DNA from: Gaiellales bacterium
GTDB taxonomy: Bacteria; Actinomycetota; Thermoleophilia; Gaiellales; F1-60-MAGs149
Assembly (NCBI GenBank): GCA_038321545.1
Contig: JBBQFB010000001.1
Span: 5,239-69,238, forward strand
Length of the DNA: 64,000 nt
Direction of reading: 5' to 3'
Part shown: in pieces, positions 53,290 through 62,976 of the stretch
Position numbering within the stretch: the first letter of the stretch is position 1
How the letters are laid out: every line of letters starts with the position of its first letter
Notes under the pieces: model-generated
Databases searched by the model: none
The model's input: only the letters and a program-made list of their open reading frames with translations
Told to the model about the DNA's origin: nothing
Made by a program: the position numbers and the translations under genes

Positions 53290-54240
53290 TCAACCCACGC
53301 GGCCGCCGCGCACCGGACCGCTCGGTCCGTCGCCGGGCGGAGCCGCCCGATCGCCCAGTTCCTGGCGCGCGAACTCGAGAAAGGCCTGGGTCGCCCGCGA
53401 CGACGGGCGGTGGGCGAGACGGACGGCGAACAGCGTCCGCGCGGTCGTCAGCCCGTCGACCGTGGCGGACGCGACGAGCCCGTCGGCTTCCTCGCGCTCC
53501 ATCGACAGGCGGCTCATGAACGAGACGCCGATGCCGGCCTCGACGGCCGCCTTGGTGGACTCCGCCAGCCCGAGCTCGGCCACGATGTTGAGGTCGCGCG
53601 GGCGCACGCCGACTCGCCGCAGCTCGCGCTCGATGACGGCCCGCACGCCGGAGCCCTCCTGCTGCACCACGAGCGGCGCCGCGCGAAGCTCGTCCAGCGA
53701 CACGACGCGACCGGCGAACGGGTGACCGGCGGGGACGCAGAGGACGACCTCGTCGCGCAGGAACGGCTCGAACAGCAACGATCGATGCGGCCGTTCGGCG
53801 CCGACCACGCCGAGCTCGATCTGACGATCGACAACTTGCGCGATCACCGAGTCGGTGTCGTCGACGCGCAGCGCGACGCTCACCTCGGGATGCCGCTCGC
53901 GGAACCGGCCCAGGATGGGCGGCAGGATCCGCTCGGACGGCCCGGCCGAGGCACCCAGCGAGAGCTGGCCGGCGACGTCGGTGGCGCCCTCGTCGAGCGC
54001 GCGGAAGAGATCGTCCTCGGCGCCCAGGATGCGCTGCGCGTGCCGGTAGGCGGCGCGACCGACCTCGGTGGGCTGCACCGACCGGCCGGAGCGGTCGAGC
54101 AACGTCGCCCCGAGCCGTTTCTCGAGCGCGCGGATGGCGAGCGACACGGCGGGCTGCGTGACGCCGAGCTGTTCGGCGGCCTGGGAGAACGATGCGCGGT
54201 CGACGACGGCGACGAGGGCGGCGAGCTGCCGCGTGTCCAC
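53290..54240 (-). CDS. LysR-family transcriptional regulator
   Basis: GTG 54240 (VDTRQLAALVAVVDRASFSQAAEQLGVTQPAVSLAIRALEKRLG), 1-nt overlap with CapD-like stop. Confidence 0.88.
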   Translation of the reverse strand: MDTRQLAALVAVVDRASFSQAAEQLGVTQPAVSLAIRALEKRLGATLLDRSGRSVQPTEVGRAAYRHAQRILGAEDDLFRALDEGATDVAGQLSLGASAGPSERILPPILGRFRERHPEVSVALRVDDTDSVIAQVVDRQIELGVVGAERPHRSLLFEPFLRDEVVLCVPAGHPFAGRVVSLDELRAAPLVVQQEGSGVRAVIERELRRVGVRPRDLNIVAELGLAESTKAAVEAGIGVSFMSRLSMEREEADGLVASATVDGLTTARTLFAVRLAHRPSSRATQAFLEFARQELGDRAAPPGDGPSGPVRGGRVG

Positions 54241-56093
54241 TAGTGGCCGACCGTCGCGGGATCGCGGCCGGGCGTCGCGCGGATCGGGTTGCGCACCGTC
54301 TCGTGCACGGCGGCGACGAGCCCGTCGGCATCGCCCGCCAGCACGCGCGCCTCGAGCACGCCGAGACGCTCGGACAGCCAGTGCACGTCGATCGGGCCGC
54401 GTCGTGCGACCTGCAGCTTCTCGTGCCGGGTGCGCTCGACCGCCTCGTCGCCCTCGAACAGCTCCTCGTCGAGCTTCTCCCCGGGCCGGATGCCCGTGAC
54501 CCGGATCTCGACCGGCTTGCCCGACAGGCGGATCATGTCCTGCGCGAGCTGCATGATCGAGACCGGCTCGCCCATGTCGAGCACGAAGATGTCGCCTGAC
54601 TCGCCCACGCCGCCCGCCTCGATCACGAGCTGCGCAGCCTCCGGGATGGTCATGAAGTAGCGCGTCATGCGGGCATCCGTGACGGTGACGGGGCCACCGG
54701 CGGCGATCTGCTCGCGGAAGATCGGGATCACGGAGCCGGACGACGCGAGCACGTTGCCGAACCGCACCGCGATGAAGCGCGTGTCGGAGTCGGCCTGCGC
54801 CGCAGCCTCGACCACCCACTCGCAGAGCGCCTTCGAGGCGCCCATGACGGTTTGCGGGTTGACGGCCTTGTCGGTCGAGATCAGCACGAACCGCTCGACG
54901 CCGGCGTCGCGGACGATGGCTGCCAGGTCGCGCGTCGCGAGCGTGTTGTTGCGGATCGCCTCGAGCGGGTTCTGCTCCATCACCGGTACGTGCTTGTACG
55001 CCGCCGCGTGGAACACGACGTGCGGCGCGTGGGTGTCGAGCAGCGCGCGCATGCGCTGCGCGTCCTTGACGTCGGCCAGCACCGCGACGACGCCCGCGAC
55101 GCCGCGGTCGTTCAGCTCGCGCTCGATCGTGAACAGGTTCGTCTCGCTGTTGTCGATCAGCACCAGCGAGGTCGGGCCGAGACGGCCGATCTGCCGGACG
55201 AGCTCCGACCCGATCGATCCGCCGGCGCCGGTCACCAGCACCACGCGACCGTGGACGTACGACCCGATCTCGGTCAGGTCGAGGCGCACCGGCTGCCGGC
55301 CGAGCAGGTCCTCGACCTGCACGTCGCGCAGCCGCGTGACGAGCGAGTCGGCGTCGAGCAGCTCCTTCGGCCCGGGAAGGGTGCGGACCGGGACGCGGCG
55401 GGCACGGCACACCTCGACGACGGTCTGGCGGCGGGCGCCGGATGCCGACGGCATCGCGATCACGACCTCGTCGACGGGCGAGTCGCGGAGGATCCGGTCG
55501 AGGTCGTCGATCGTGCCGAGCACCTTCACGTTGTGGAGCCGCAGCCCCTGCATGCCCGCGTCGTCGTCGAGGATGCCGATCGGCGTGAAGGCGGAGCTCT
55601 TCTTGACCATCTCGCGCACGATCAGCTCGCCGGCGTTGCCGCCGCCGATCACGAGCACCTCGCGGCCGCGGACGAACGGGCCCTGCCGCTCGAACACGAT
55701 CCGGGCCGCCGCGCGGGCCATGACGAGCAGCAGCCCGGCCAGCACCAGATCGAGCACGACCACGCCGCGTGGCAGCGGGTCGTTGCCGCCGCGATCGATC
55801 GGCGGCAGCAGCCACATCGAGGCGTAGGCCAGGATCACGCCGATCAGCAGAGCCTGGCCGAGGGCCAGCACGTCATTCAGCGACGTGTTGCGCCACCGCC
55901 GCAGGTAGACGCGCATCCCGATCAGGACGAGTACCTGCATCAGGACGAAGCGCCAGCCGCCCGCGTCGCGAAGGCGTTCCCAGTACGGGGAGATGGCGTC
56001 GAAGCGAAAGAAGAACGCCGCGTACCAGGCCACGAACAGCAGGGCCACGTCGATCGCGACGTTCACGAGCCGGTGCCGCGTCAGCAGGCCCAT
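54240..56093 (-). CDS. membrane-anchored NDP-sugar 4,6-dehydratase/epimerase (CapD/PglF/WbpM family)
   Basis: 617 aa; four N-terminal TM segments, VTGAGGSIGSEL Rossmann motif. Confidence 0.88.
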   Translation of the reverse strand: MGLLTRHRLVNVAIDVALLFVAWYAAFFFRFDAISPYWERLRDAGGWRFVLMQVLVLIGMRVYLRRWRNTSLNDVLALGQALLIGVILAYASMWLLPPIDRGGNDPLPRGVVVLDLVLAGLLLVMARAAARIVFERQGPFVRGREVLVIGGGNAGELIVREMVKKSSAFTPIGILDDDAGMQGLRLHNVKVLGTIDDLDRILRDSPVDEVVIAMPSASGARRQTVVEVCRARRVPVRTLPGPKELLDADSLVTRLRDVQVEDLLGRQPVRLDLTEIGSYVHGRVVLVTGAGGSIGSELVRQIGRLGPTSLVLIDNSETNLFTIERELNDRGVAGVVAVLADVKDAQRMRALLDTHAPHVVFHAAAYKHVPVMEQNPLEAIRNNTLATRDLAAIVRDAGVERFVLISTDKAVNPQTVMGASKALCEWVVEAAAQADSDTRFIAVRFGNVLASSGSVIPIFREQIAAGGPVTVTDARMTRYFMTIPEAAQLVIEAGGVGESGDIFVLDMGEPVSIMQLAQDMIRLSGKPVEIRVTGIRPGEKLDEELFEGDEAVERTRHEKLQVARRGPIDVHWLSERLGVLEARVLAGDADGLVAAVHETVRNPIRATPGRDPATVGH

Positions 56094-56113
56094 AAGGAGC
56101 GATTATAGGCCCG

Positions 56114-57112
56114 TCAGCCGAGGGCCAGGTTCACCAGGTCGGCAGGATCACGGCGAACGCGCGGAGGGCGGTCGGCCGGTTTGCGCTCGATCCGGACATC
56201 GCCTGCCCGATCCAGCTGCCGCATCCGGCCATCACGCAGCAGTTGCTCGTCGACGCCGCCGAGCCGGCCGGCGAACGTCGTGTACACCGGCGTGCCCAGC
56301 ACGACGGCCTCACGGTTCATGGTGCCACCGGCCGAGACGACCAGGTCGGCGCCCGCCACGAGGCTCTGCCCGTCGAGGGCGGCATCCGGCACCACGACGC
56401 CGTTCAGTCCGAGCGTGCGGATGCGCTCGCCCTGCTCCTCCGTGCGCGGCAGCACGACCGTCACCACGCCGTCGGTGGCCGCCAGGCGCTCGAGCACGCC
56501 GGCGAACACGTCGTTCTCGAACCGGTGGTAGAGCGCCAGTTCCGGCGGCGGGCGCAGCACGGCCAGCAGCTCGCCGGCGGCCGCGAACGCCGCCGGCACC
56601 GCCAGGTCGGGCTCGAAGCCGGCCAGCGCGTACTCCTCCTTCAGCCCCGGGTACCGGACGAGCCGCGCGCCGGTGGCGCCGTACCGCGCCAGTCGCTGCG
56701 GCGGGATCGCCTCCGGCACCAGCGTGCGCCGTGCGAGCCGGCAGTTGAGCGAGTGCTGGAGGACGGCGTACTCGTAGTCGAACATCGTCGTGGCCGGGAT
56801 CCGGAGCAGCCGCGCCACGATCGGCTGGTCCGTCGAGCCGTGCGCGAGCGCCGCATCGAACGAGCGCCCGCGCGCCCACCGGTGCAGGGCCATCACCCGG
56901 CCGGCCGCCGCCCGCGCCTTACCGGCCCGGCCACCGCCGCCGTGGTGACCCGTGACCATCGGGTCGAGTCCGTTCAGGCGCGCGATCGCAACCGTCTGGC
57001 CGTAGTCGCGCGCCGTCACCTCGACGGTGTCGCCCCGTTCCTCGAGCGCGCGCACCAGCGGCGCCAGCACGACGGCGTGCGGCGCGTTGGTGAGATCGAC
57101 CCAGACTCTCAC
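56114..57112 (-). CDS. DUF354 family protein (GT-B / epimerase-like fold)
   Basis: GTG 57112 (VRVWVDLTNAPHAVVLAPLV.., GTGA overlap with DegT stop). Confidence 0.65.
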   Translation of the reverse strand: MRVWVDLTNAPHAVVLAPLVRALEERGDTVEVTARDYGQTVAIARLNGLDPMVTGHHGGGGRAGKARAAAGRVMALHRWARGRSFDAALAHGSTDQPIVARLLRIPATTMFDYEYAVLQHSLNCRLARRTLVPEAIPPQRLARYGATGARLVRYPGLKEEYALAGFEPDLAVPAAFAAAGELLAVLRPPPELALYHRFENDVFAGVLERLAATDGVVTVVLPRTEEQGERIRTLGLNGVVVPDAALDGQSLVAGADLVVSAGGTMNREAVVLGTPVYTTFAGRLGGVDEQLLRDGRMRQLDRAGDVRIERKPADRPPRVRRDPADLVNLALG

Positions 57113-58185
57113 GCCGTGGCGCGGACCGACGCGACCGCGGCCACGACCTCCCGCTGCTGGTCCTCGGTGAGCGTCGGGAACATCGGCAGGGCGATGCCTT
57201 CGCGGGCACACGCCTCGGTGACCGGCAGGTCGCGCTGCGGCAGGTGCGCGAACACCGGCTGGCGGTGCAGCGGCCGCGCGTAGTAGACGCCGCAGCCGAC
57301 GCCGGCGGACTTGCAGGCCTCGACGACCCGCTCGCGCTCGGCGACGCGGGCCATGTAGAGGTGGTAGACGCCGCCGTCGGGCGGCAGCGTGGCGTCCTCG
57401 TCGAGCCCGAGGTCGCGATACCGCGCGGCGGCCGCCTGGCGGCTCGCGTTCCAGCCCGTCACGCCCTCCAGGAACACCCGCAGGACGGCGGCGTGCAGCT
57501 CGTCGAGGCGCGAGTTGTACCCGATCTGGGTGAACGTCTGCTTGTCCTTGGAGCCGTGGAACCGCAGCGTCCGGCAGGTGTCGGCCACGTCGGCCCGCGG
57601 CGTCGTGATGAGGCCGCCGTCGCCGAACGTGGAGAGGTTCTTGGTCGGGAAGAACGAGAACGTCGCGACATCGCCCACCTGCGCCACGCCGCCGGTGGCG
57701 CCGAACGCCTGCGCGGCGTCCTCCACCAGCGCCAGGTCGTGCCGGTCGCAGAGTGCGCGGAACGCCGCGAGGCCGGCCGGGTGCCCGAACAGGTGCACGA
57801 CGACCACGGCCCGCGTGCGCGGGGTGACGGCGGCCTCGACCGCCGCCGGATCGAGGTTGTAATCGGCGCCGATATCGGCGAACACGGGCACGGCGCCGAT
57901 CGCGCCGATCGCCTCGGCGGTGGCGTAGAAGGTGTACGACGGGCAGATCACCTCGTCGCCCGGCCGGACGCCGACTGCGCGCAGCGCGAGCGCGAGCGCG
58001 TCGGTGCCGTTGGCGACCCCGATGCCGTGCTCCACGCCGAGCGCGGCGGCGGCCTCCTCCTCGAAGGCCTTGACCTGCGGGCCGAGGATGTAGCGACCGG
58101 AGTCGACGACGTCGATCAGTGCCTGCTTGGCGCGCGGGAGAAGCTCCGCCCACTGGCCCTGCAGCTCCATCAGGGGAACAGCCAT
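57109..58185 (-). CDS. DegT/DnrJ/EryC1/StrS family PLP-dependent sugar aminotransferase
   Basis: ATG 58185 (MAVPLMELQGQW..); GVANGTDAL, SFFPTKNL. Confidence 0.88.
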   Translation of the reverse strand: MAVPLMELQGQWAELLPRAKQALIDVVDSGRYILGPQVKAFEEEAAAALGVEHGIGVANGTDALALALRAVGVRPGDEVICPSYTFYATAEAIGAIGAVPVFADIGADYNLDPAAVEAAVTPRTRAVVVVHLFGHPAGLAAFRALCDRHDLALVEDAAQAFGATGGVAQVGDVATFSFFPTKNLSTFGDGGLITTPRADVADTCRTLRFHGSKDKQTFTQIGYNSRLDELHAAVLRVFLEGVTGWNASRQAAAARYRDLGLDEDATLPPDGGVYHLYMARVAERERVVEACKSAGVGCGVYYARPLHRQPVFAHLPQRDLPVTEACAREGIALPMFPTLTEDQQREVVAAVASVRATA

Positions 58186-58252
58186 AGGGGAGGCAGGATA
58201 CTGCGCGCCTCTCCGCTCAAGCGCGCCGGCGGTTTGGGCGATACAGAGGACC

Positions 58253-59824
58253 ATGGTGTCCGGCGCAGACCAATTCGCCGCGCTGTCCCGGATCGCGGGG
58301 CTCGTGGACGCGCCCGGCGCGTTCGAGCAGCTCGCACCGGCCGCCGTCGGCGCCACCCGCGCGCTGGTCGGCGCGGACGGCGTCTGGCTGTGTGTCCGGC
58401 GGCGTCGCCACGCCGACCTCGTGCTGCGCCACGCCGACGGCGTCGAGCCGCGGATGGCGTACTCGGGCGACATCCCGATCGCCGCCGACGCGCTCGTCGA
58501 GACGGCCGCGCTGGCCGGCGGCACGCTCCGCATCGACGACTACGAGTCCCACGAGACATCCGACCCGCACCTGCGAGCGCAGGGCGTGCGCGCCGTGCTG
58601 GCCGCGCCGCTGATCGCGGGCACGCTCGACCAGGGCGTCCTGATCGCCTTCCGCCACGACGGCCCGTTCCCGGACGGTGCCGACACACTGCTCTCCCAGG
58701 CCGCACAGACGCTCGCGCTCGTGCTCGCCACGCACGACGCACGCCGCGCGCACGGCCAGGCGCTGGCCCGTGAGCAGTTGCTGGCGCGCGCCACCAACGA
58801 GACCGCGGCCGCGGCCGACCTCGAGGTCGCGATGCACCACACCGCGCAGGGCGCCGCGGGCGTCGCCGACGCCGTGTTCGCCGCGGTGCTGCTCGCCGAC
58901 GGTGCGCGGACGCGTCTGGTCTCGGCCACCGGCGATCTGCTCGGAGGCCCGCGCACCGGCCTCTCCGCCCTTCCGCCGGCACTCGCGACGGGCCGGCCCC
59001 AGCTCTACATCGACGCGGTCGGCCTGATCGCGAAGCTCGGCGTCCCGCTGCCGCCCGAGAGCGAGGCCCGCGGCCGCCTGTGCGTGCTCGAGCCGATCGC
59101 CGACGGCGCCGACGTGTTCGGCGCCGTGCTGGTGCTGCTCGCCGCCGATGCGCCCGATCCGTCCGTGTTCGGCTCGCTCGAGACGCTGGCGGGCAACGCC
59201 GGCGGGGTGCTGCGTCGGGCGCGGCTCCACACCGAGATCGAGAGCGCCTACCTGTCGACGGTGACGGCGCTGGCGAACGCGCTCGAGGCCAAGGACCTGC
59301 AGACCCAGGAGCATGCCAGCGCGACCTCCCGCCTCGCGGTCGCCGTCGGCCGCGAGCTCGGGCTGACGGGCCACGACTTGCGCGACCTCGAGTTCGCCGC
59401 GGTGCTGCACGACGTGGGCAAGATCGCGATCCCCGACGAGATCCTCGCCCGCCGCGGTCCGCTCAGCGACGAGGAGTGGACGTTCGTGCGCGACCACACC
59501 GTGGTCGGCGAACGCATCCTGCGCGGCATCCCGTTCCTGCAGTCGGCCGCGTCTGCGGTCCGCTCGGCGCACGAGCGCTGGGACGGCGCCGGGTATCCCG
59601 ACGGGCTCGCCGGCAGCCAGATCCCGCTGCTGTCGCGGATCGTGTTCGCCTGCGACACCTGGGACGTGATGACGTCCGACCGGCCGTACCGCGGGGCGCT
59701 CACGCGCGACGAGGCGGAGCGCCGGATGCGGGCCGAGGCGGGCCGCCAGCTCGACCCGCAGGTCGTGTCCGCGCTGCTCGCGGTGGTCGGACGCCGCGAC
59801 GTGCGCGAGCGCGTCGCTGCGTAA
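58253..59824 (+). CDS. GAF-GAF-HD-GYP domain protein (candidate c-di-GMP phosphodiesterase)
   Basis: ATG 58253 with AGAGGA upstream; HDVGKIAIP, HERWDGAGYPDGL. Confidence 0.85.
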   Translation: MVSGADQFAALSRIAGLVDAPGAFEQLAPAAVGATRALVGADGVWLCVRRRRHADLVLRHADGVEPRMAYSGDIPIAADALVETAALAGGTLRIDDYESHETSDPHLRAQGVRAVLAAPLIAGTLDQGVLIAFRHDGPFPDGADTLLSQAAQTLALVLATHDARRAHGQALAREQLLARATNETAAAADLEVAMHHTAQGAAGVADAVFAAVLLADGARTRLVSATGDLLGGPRTGLSALPPALATGRPQLYIDAVGLIAKLGVPLPPESEARGRLCVLEPIADGADVFGAVLVLLAADAPDPSVFGSLETLAGNAGGVLRRARLHTEIESAYLSTVTALANALEAKDLQTQEHASATSRLAVAVGRELGLTGHDLRDLEFAAVLHDVGKIAIPDEILARRGPLSDEEWTFVRDHTVVGERILRGIPFLQSAASAVRSAHERWDGAGYPDGLAGSQIPLLSRIVFACDTWDVMTSDRPYRGALTRDEAERRMRAEAGRQLDPQVVSALLAVVGRRDVRERVAA

Positions 59825-59850
59825 CAACCCGCCTCGGTTACGCTCCCCGG

Positions 59851-61026
59851 GTGGAAGATCGACTGGTGACGGACGCCGCGGGCGTCGATGAGGTCGTCGC
59901 GCTGGCGCGCGCGGCCGGGCGCTGCGCGATCGACACGGAGTTCTTCTGGGAGCGCACCTACGCCCCCGTGCTGTGCTTCGTGCAGATCGCCGTCAACGGC
60001 GAGGTCGTGTTGATCGACCCGCTGGCGGGAGCGCCGCTGGATGCGATCGCCGACCTGATCGCCGACCCCGAGGTCGAGATCCTGATGCACGCGCCGGCCG
60101 CCGACGTGCTGGCGTTCGGGCTGCACTTCGGCATCCGCCCCACCCGCATCCGCGACACGCAGGTGGTCGCCGGGTTCGTCGGGCTGACGGCGTCGGCCAG
60201 CCTGGAGCGGCTGCTCGGCGACGCGCTGAAGGTGTCGCCCGACCACCACGAGTCGTTCTCCGACTGGAAGCGCCGCCCGCTGTCGGCCTCGCAGCTGGTG
60301 TACGCCGGCGACGACGTGCGCTGGCTGGAGGCCCTCTGGGACGAGCTGAAGCACCGGCTCGAGAAGGTCGGTCGGCTCGACTGGGCGCTGGCGGAGGTGG
60401 CACGGCGCTCGCCCGACGGCGGCGATCCGACGCCCGACCCGCGTGAGGCGTGGCGCAAGGTGCAGCGCCGGGGACGGCTCTCGCCGCGCCAGCTGGCCGT
60501 GCTGCGCGAGCTGGCGGCATGGCGCGAGGTCGAGGCACGCCGCCGTGACCTGCCGTCCTCGTGGGTCGTCAAGGATCCGACGCTGGTCGAGGTGGCCCGG
60601 GTCGCGCCGACCACGGCCGATGCGCTGGCCCGCATCCGCGGCGCCGCCACCGGCCTCAAGCCGCGCGACATCGAGGCGATCCTGGCCGCGGTCGCGGCTG
60701 CCGCAGACGCCGACCCGATCCGCGTCGAGTCGCCGGCGCCGCCGGCCGTGCAGCGCCGCGCCGACGCAGCTGCCGGGCTGGCCGGCACGTTGCTGAAGGT
60801 GCGCTGCACCGACGCCGGGATCGCTCCCGAGCTGGTCGCGACGCGCAGCGAGCTCGAGCGGTTCATGGAGGCCGTCGTGCTCGGCGACCTCGACGGGCTG
60901 CCACTCGGCCTGGACTGGCGCCGCGCGCTGGTGGGCGACGAGCTGATCGCGCTCGTCGAGGGCCGCGTCTCGCTCGCCCTGCGCGACAAGCCGCCCTACA
61001 TCGCGATCGAGGCCGTCGACCGCTGA
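59851..61026 (+). CDS. rnd: ribonuclease D
   Basis: GTG 59851 (alternative 59866); DTEF, YAGDDVRWL (DEDDy), HRDC-like region. Confidence 0.85.
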   Translation: MEDRLVTDAAGVDEVVALARAAGRCAIDTEFFWERTYAPVLCFVQIAVNGEVVLIDPLAGAPLDAIADLIADPEVEILMHAPAADVLAFGLHFGIRPTRIRDTQVVAGFVGLTASASLERLLGDALKVSPDHHESFSDWKRRPLSASQLVYAGDDVRWLEALWDELKHRLEKVGRLDWALAEVARRSPDGGDPTPDPREAWRKVQRRGRLSPRQLAVLRELAAWREVEARRRDLPSSWVVKDPTLVEVARVAPTTADALARIRGAATGLKPRDIEAILAAVAAAADADPIRVESPAPPAVQRRADAAAGLAGTLLKVRCTDAGIAPELVATRSELERFMEAVVLGDLDGLPLGLDWRRALVGDELIALVEGRVSLALRDKPPYIAIEAVDR

Positions 61027-61030
61027 CCGG

Positions 61031-62098
61031 TCAGGGCGTGTGGCCGGGCAGCCACCACACGACCTGCAGCACGCCGATCGCCGGCCCCACGACCAGGTAG
61101 ACGCGCCACAGCCGGCGGTAGCGGCCGCCCAGCCATGCCAGCGCCCAGAACACCGGCAGCGCCAGCAGGCCGTACCGCGCGATGCCCGCGTAGCGCCCGG
61201 TCGACAGCGGCAGCACGATGGTCAGCAGAGCGAACACGGTCCACTCCACCGGCACGCGCCGGACGACCCCGATGATCGCCGCCAGGTAGCCGACCGTGAA
61301 GTACGGCGACAGCGAGGCCACGAAGTCCTTGTCGAGCGAGATCCGGTTGACCAGGGCCTTTGCGGCCGCGAGGCCGGGAGAGCGCCGGAACCAGAACTTG
61401 CGCTGCGCCTCCTGGAACGCCAGCGGGCTGCCGGTGCGCGCCTGCAGGTAGGCGGCGAACGCGCCCAGGCCGATCGCCGGCGCCGCGACGGCGAACAGCC
61501 GCGCGACGATCGGCCCGCCCGCCCGCAGCGCCGCACCGGCCAGCGGCAGTGCGAACAGCACGCCGTTCGACCGCGACAGGCCGACGGCGATGCCGAGCGG
61601 CACGGCAGCCCAGAAGCGGCCGCGCTGCGCGAGCGCCACGGCACCGAACCCGGCGGCCAGCGCGAACGGCTCCGAGTACAGCATCGAGAGCACATAGGAG
61701 AGCGGGAAACACGCCAGCGCGACGCCCGTCCGGGTCGCCACGGCGGCGTCGAACAGGTACCGCGTGACGTACACCACCGCGACCAGCCCGGCCAGCCCGG
61801 CTGCGTTGGCCAGCACCAGGCCGCCGGCCAGTGGCGGGATGCCGATCTCGTCCAGTCCGCGCAGGAGCAGCGGCAGCAGCGGGAAGAAGCCGTGCTGCTC
61901 GGCCAGCGTCGCGGGGTACAGCACCCGCGCGACGTCGAGGTAGCGCAGGCCGTCCCAGGCCACCAGCGTGTCCCAGAAGTGCTCCGCCGGGTACCGCACC
62001 GGCGCGTCGCCCGCCGCGACCCTGCGAGCCGACCACTCGGCGGCTGCGAGGTAGAGGACCCGCGTGAGGGCCCAGGCGACGACGACCGGCCGGATCAC
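61031..62098 (-). CDS. polytopic membrane protein, PIG-V-like mannosyltransferase family
   Basis: 355 aa; WDGLRYLDVA motif region and multiple TM segments. Confidence 0.55.
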   Translation of the reverse strand: MIRPVVVAWALTRVLYLAAAEWSARRVAAGDAPVRYPAEHFWDTLVAWDGLRYLDVARVLYPATLAEQHGFFPLLPLLLRGLDEIGIPPLAGGLVLANAAGLAGLVAVVYVTRYLFDAAVATRTGVALACFPLSYVLSMLYSEPFALAAGFGAVALAQRGRFWAAVPLGIAVGLSRSNGVLFALPLAGAALRAGGPIVARLFAVAAPAIGLGAFAAYLQARTGSPLAFQEAQRKFWFRRSPGLAAAKALVNRISLDKDFVASLSPYFTVGYLAAIIGVVRRVPVEWTVFALLTIVLPLSTGRYAGIARYGLLALPVFWALAWLGGRYRRLWRVYLVVGPAIGVLQVVWWLPGHTP

Positions 62099-62099
62099 C

Positions 62100-62723
62100 T
62101 CACGCCGGAGCCGCGCGTCGCCACTTCCGGACCAGCCACACGATGCCGACGACGAGGGCGACGCCGACGAGGTAGTCGAAGTACTTCAGGCGGCCCTCCC
62201 ACGTCTCCCAGTCCTGGCCGACCCAGACGCCGAGCAACGTCAGGCCCGTGACCCACGGCAGCGCGCCGAGGAACGTGTAGAGCGTGAACTTGGCGAACGG
62301 CATCCGGGCCACCCCGGCGGGCAGCGAGATGAACGTGCGGACGATCGGCAGCATCCGCGACCAGAACACGACCTTGTTCCCGTACCGCTCGAACCAGCGG
62401 TCGGCGAGCTCCATCCGCTTGGGCGTGACGTGCACGTACTTGCCGTACCGCTCGATGAACTCGCGGCCGCCGGTGGCGCCGATGCCCCACGCGATCCACG
62501 AGCCGACGACGTTGCCGAGCGTGCCCGCCAGGATCGCCGTGACGAGGCCCATCTTGTCCTGCGACACGAGGTAGCCCGCGAACAGCTGGATCACCTCGCT
62601 CGGCACCGGGATGCACGCCGACTCGAGGGTCATCAGCAGGAACACCGCCGGCCCGCCGTGGTCGCCGATCGTCCTGGTCACGAAGTCGACGAGCGACTGG
62701 AGGATCGAGAGGGTCGGGATCAC
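62100..62723 (-). CDS. DedA family membrane protein
   Basis: 207 aa; ..FLLMTLESACIPVPSEVIQLFAGYL.. Confidence 0.85.
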   Translation of the reverse strand: MIPTLSILQSLVDFVTRTIGDHGGPAVFLLMTLESACIPVPSEVIQLFAGYLVSQDKMGLVTAILAGTLGNVVGSWIAWGIGATGGREFIERYGKYVHVTPKRMELADRWFERYGNKVVFWSRMLPIVRTFISLPAGVARMPFAKFTLYTFLGALPWVTGLTLLGVWVGQDWETWEGRLKYFDYLVGVALVVGIVWLVRKWRRAAPA

Positions 62724-62748
62724 GTCCCGGATCCCGAGGCTCGGGGCA

Positions 62749-62976
62749 CTAGGGCACCGCCGTCAGGAACGCGCACGGCCGGGCATCACCGGGAAGCGGC
62801 GACGAGCCGACCTTCTGCACCTCCTGGCGACCGAGCTCACCGAGCTCGACCACGTCTCCGACTGCCGGCGGCTGTCCCTCGCGCTCCTGTAGCCGGTAGC
62901 CCGTGGGCGTCCAGATGTACAGCAGGTAGCCGGGGGCGGCCGCGCCGCCTTCGGAATCAGAAGTCGTCACGGACAC
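62749..62976 (-). CDS. small hypothetical protein
   Basis: 75 aa; moderately GC-rich third positions; 20-nt overlap with the upstream radical SAM gene. Confidence 0.4.
   Translation of the reverse strand: MSVTTSDSEGGAAAPGYLLYIWTPTGYRLQEREGQPPAVGDVVELGELGRQEVQKVGSSPLPGDARPCAFLTAVP

Noticed and set aside
54241-55815. 841-aa ORF reading as a single gene through the LysR regulator, and the 679-aa ORF 56114..58153 fusing DUF354 with the DegT region
   Set aside because: Only the C-terminal parts have recognisable domains. The N-terminal parts are Arg-rich alternative frames of capD and degT.
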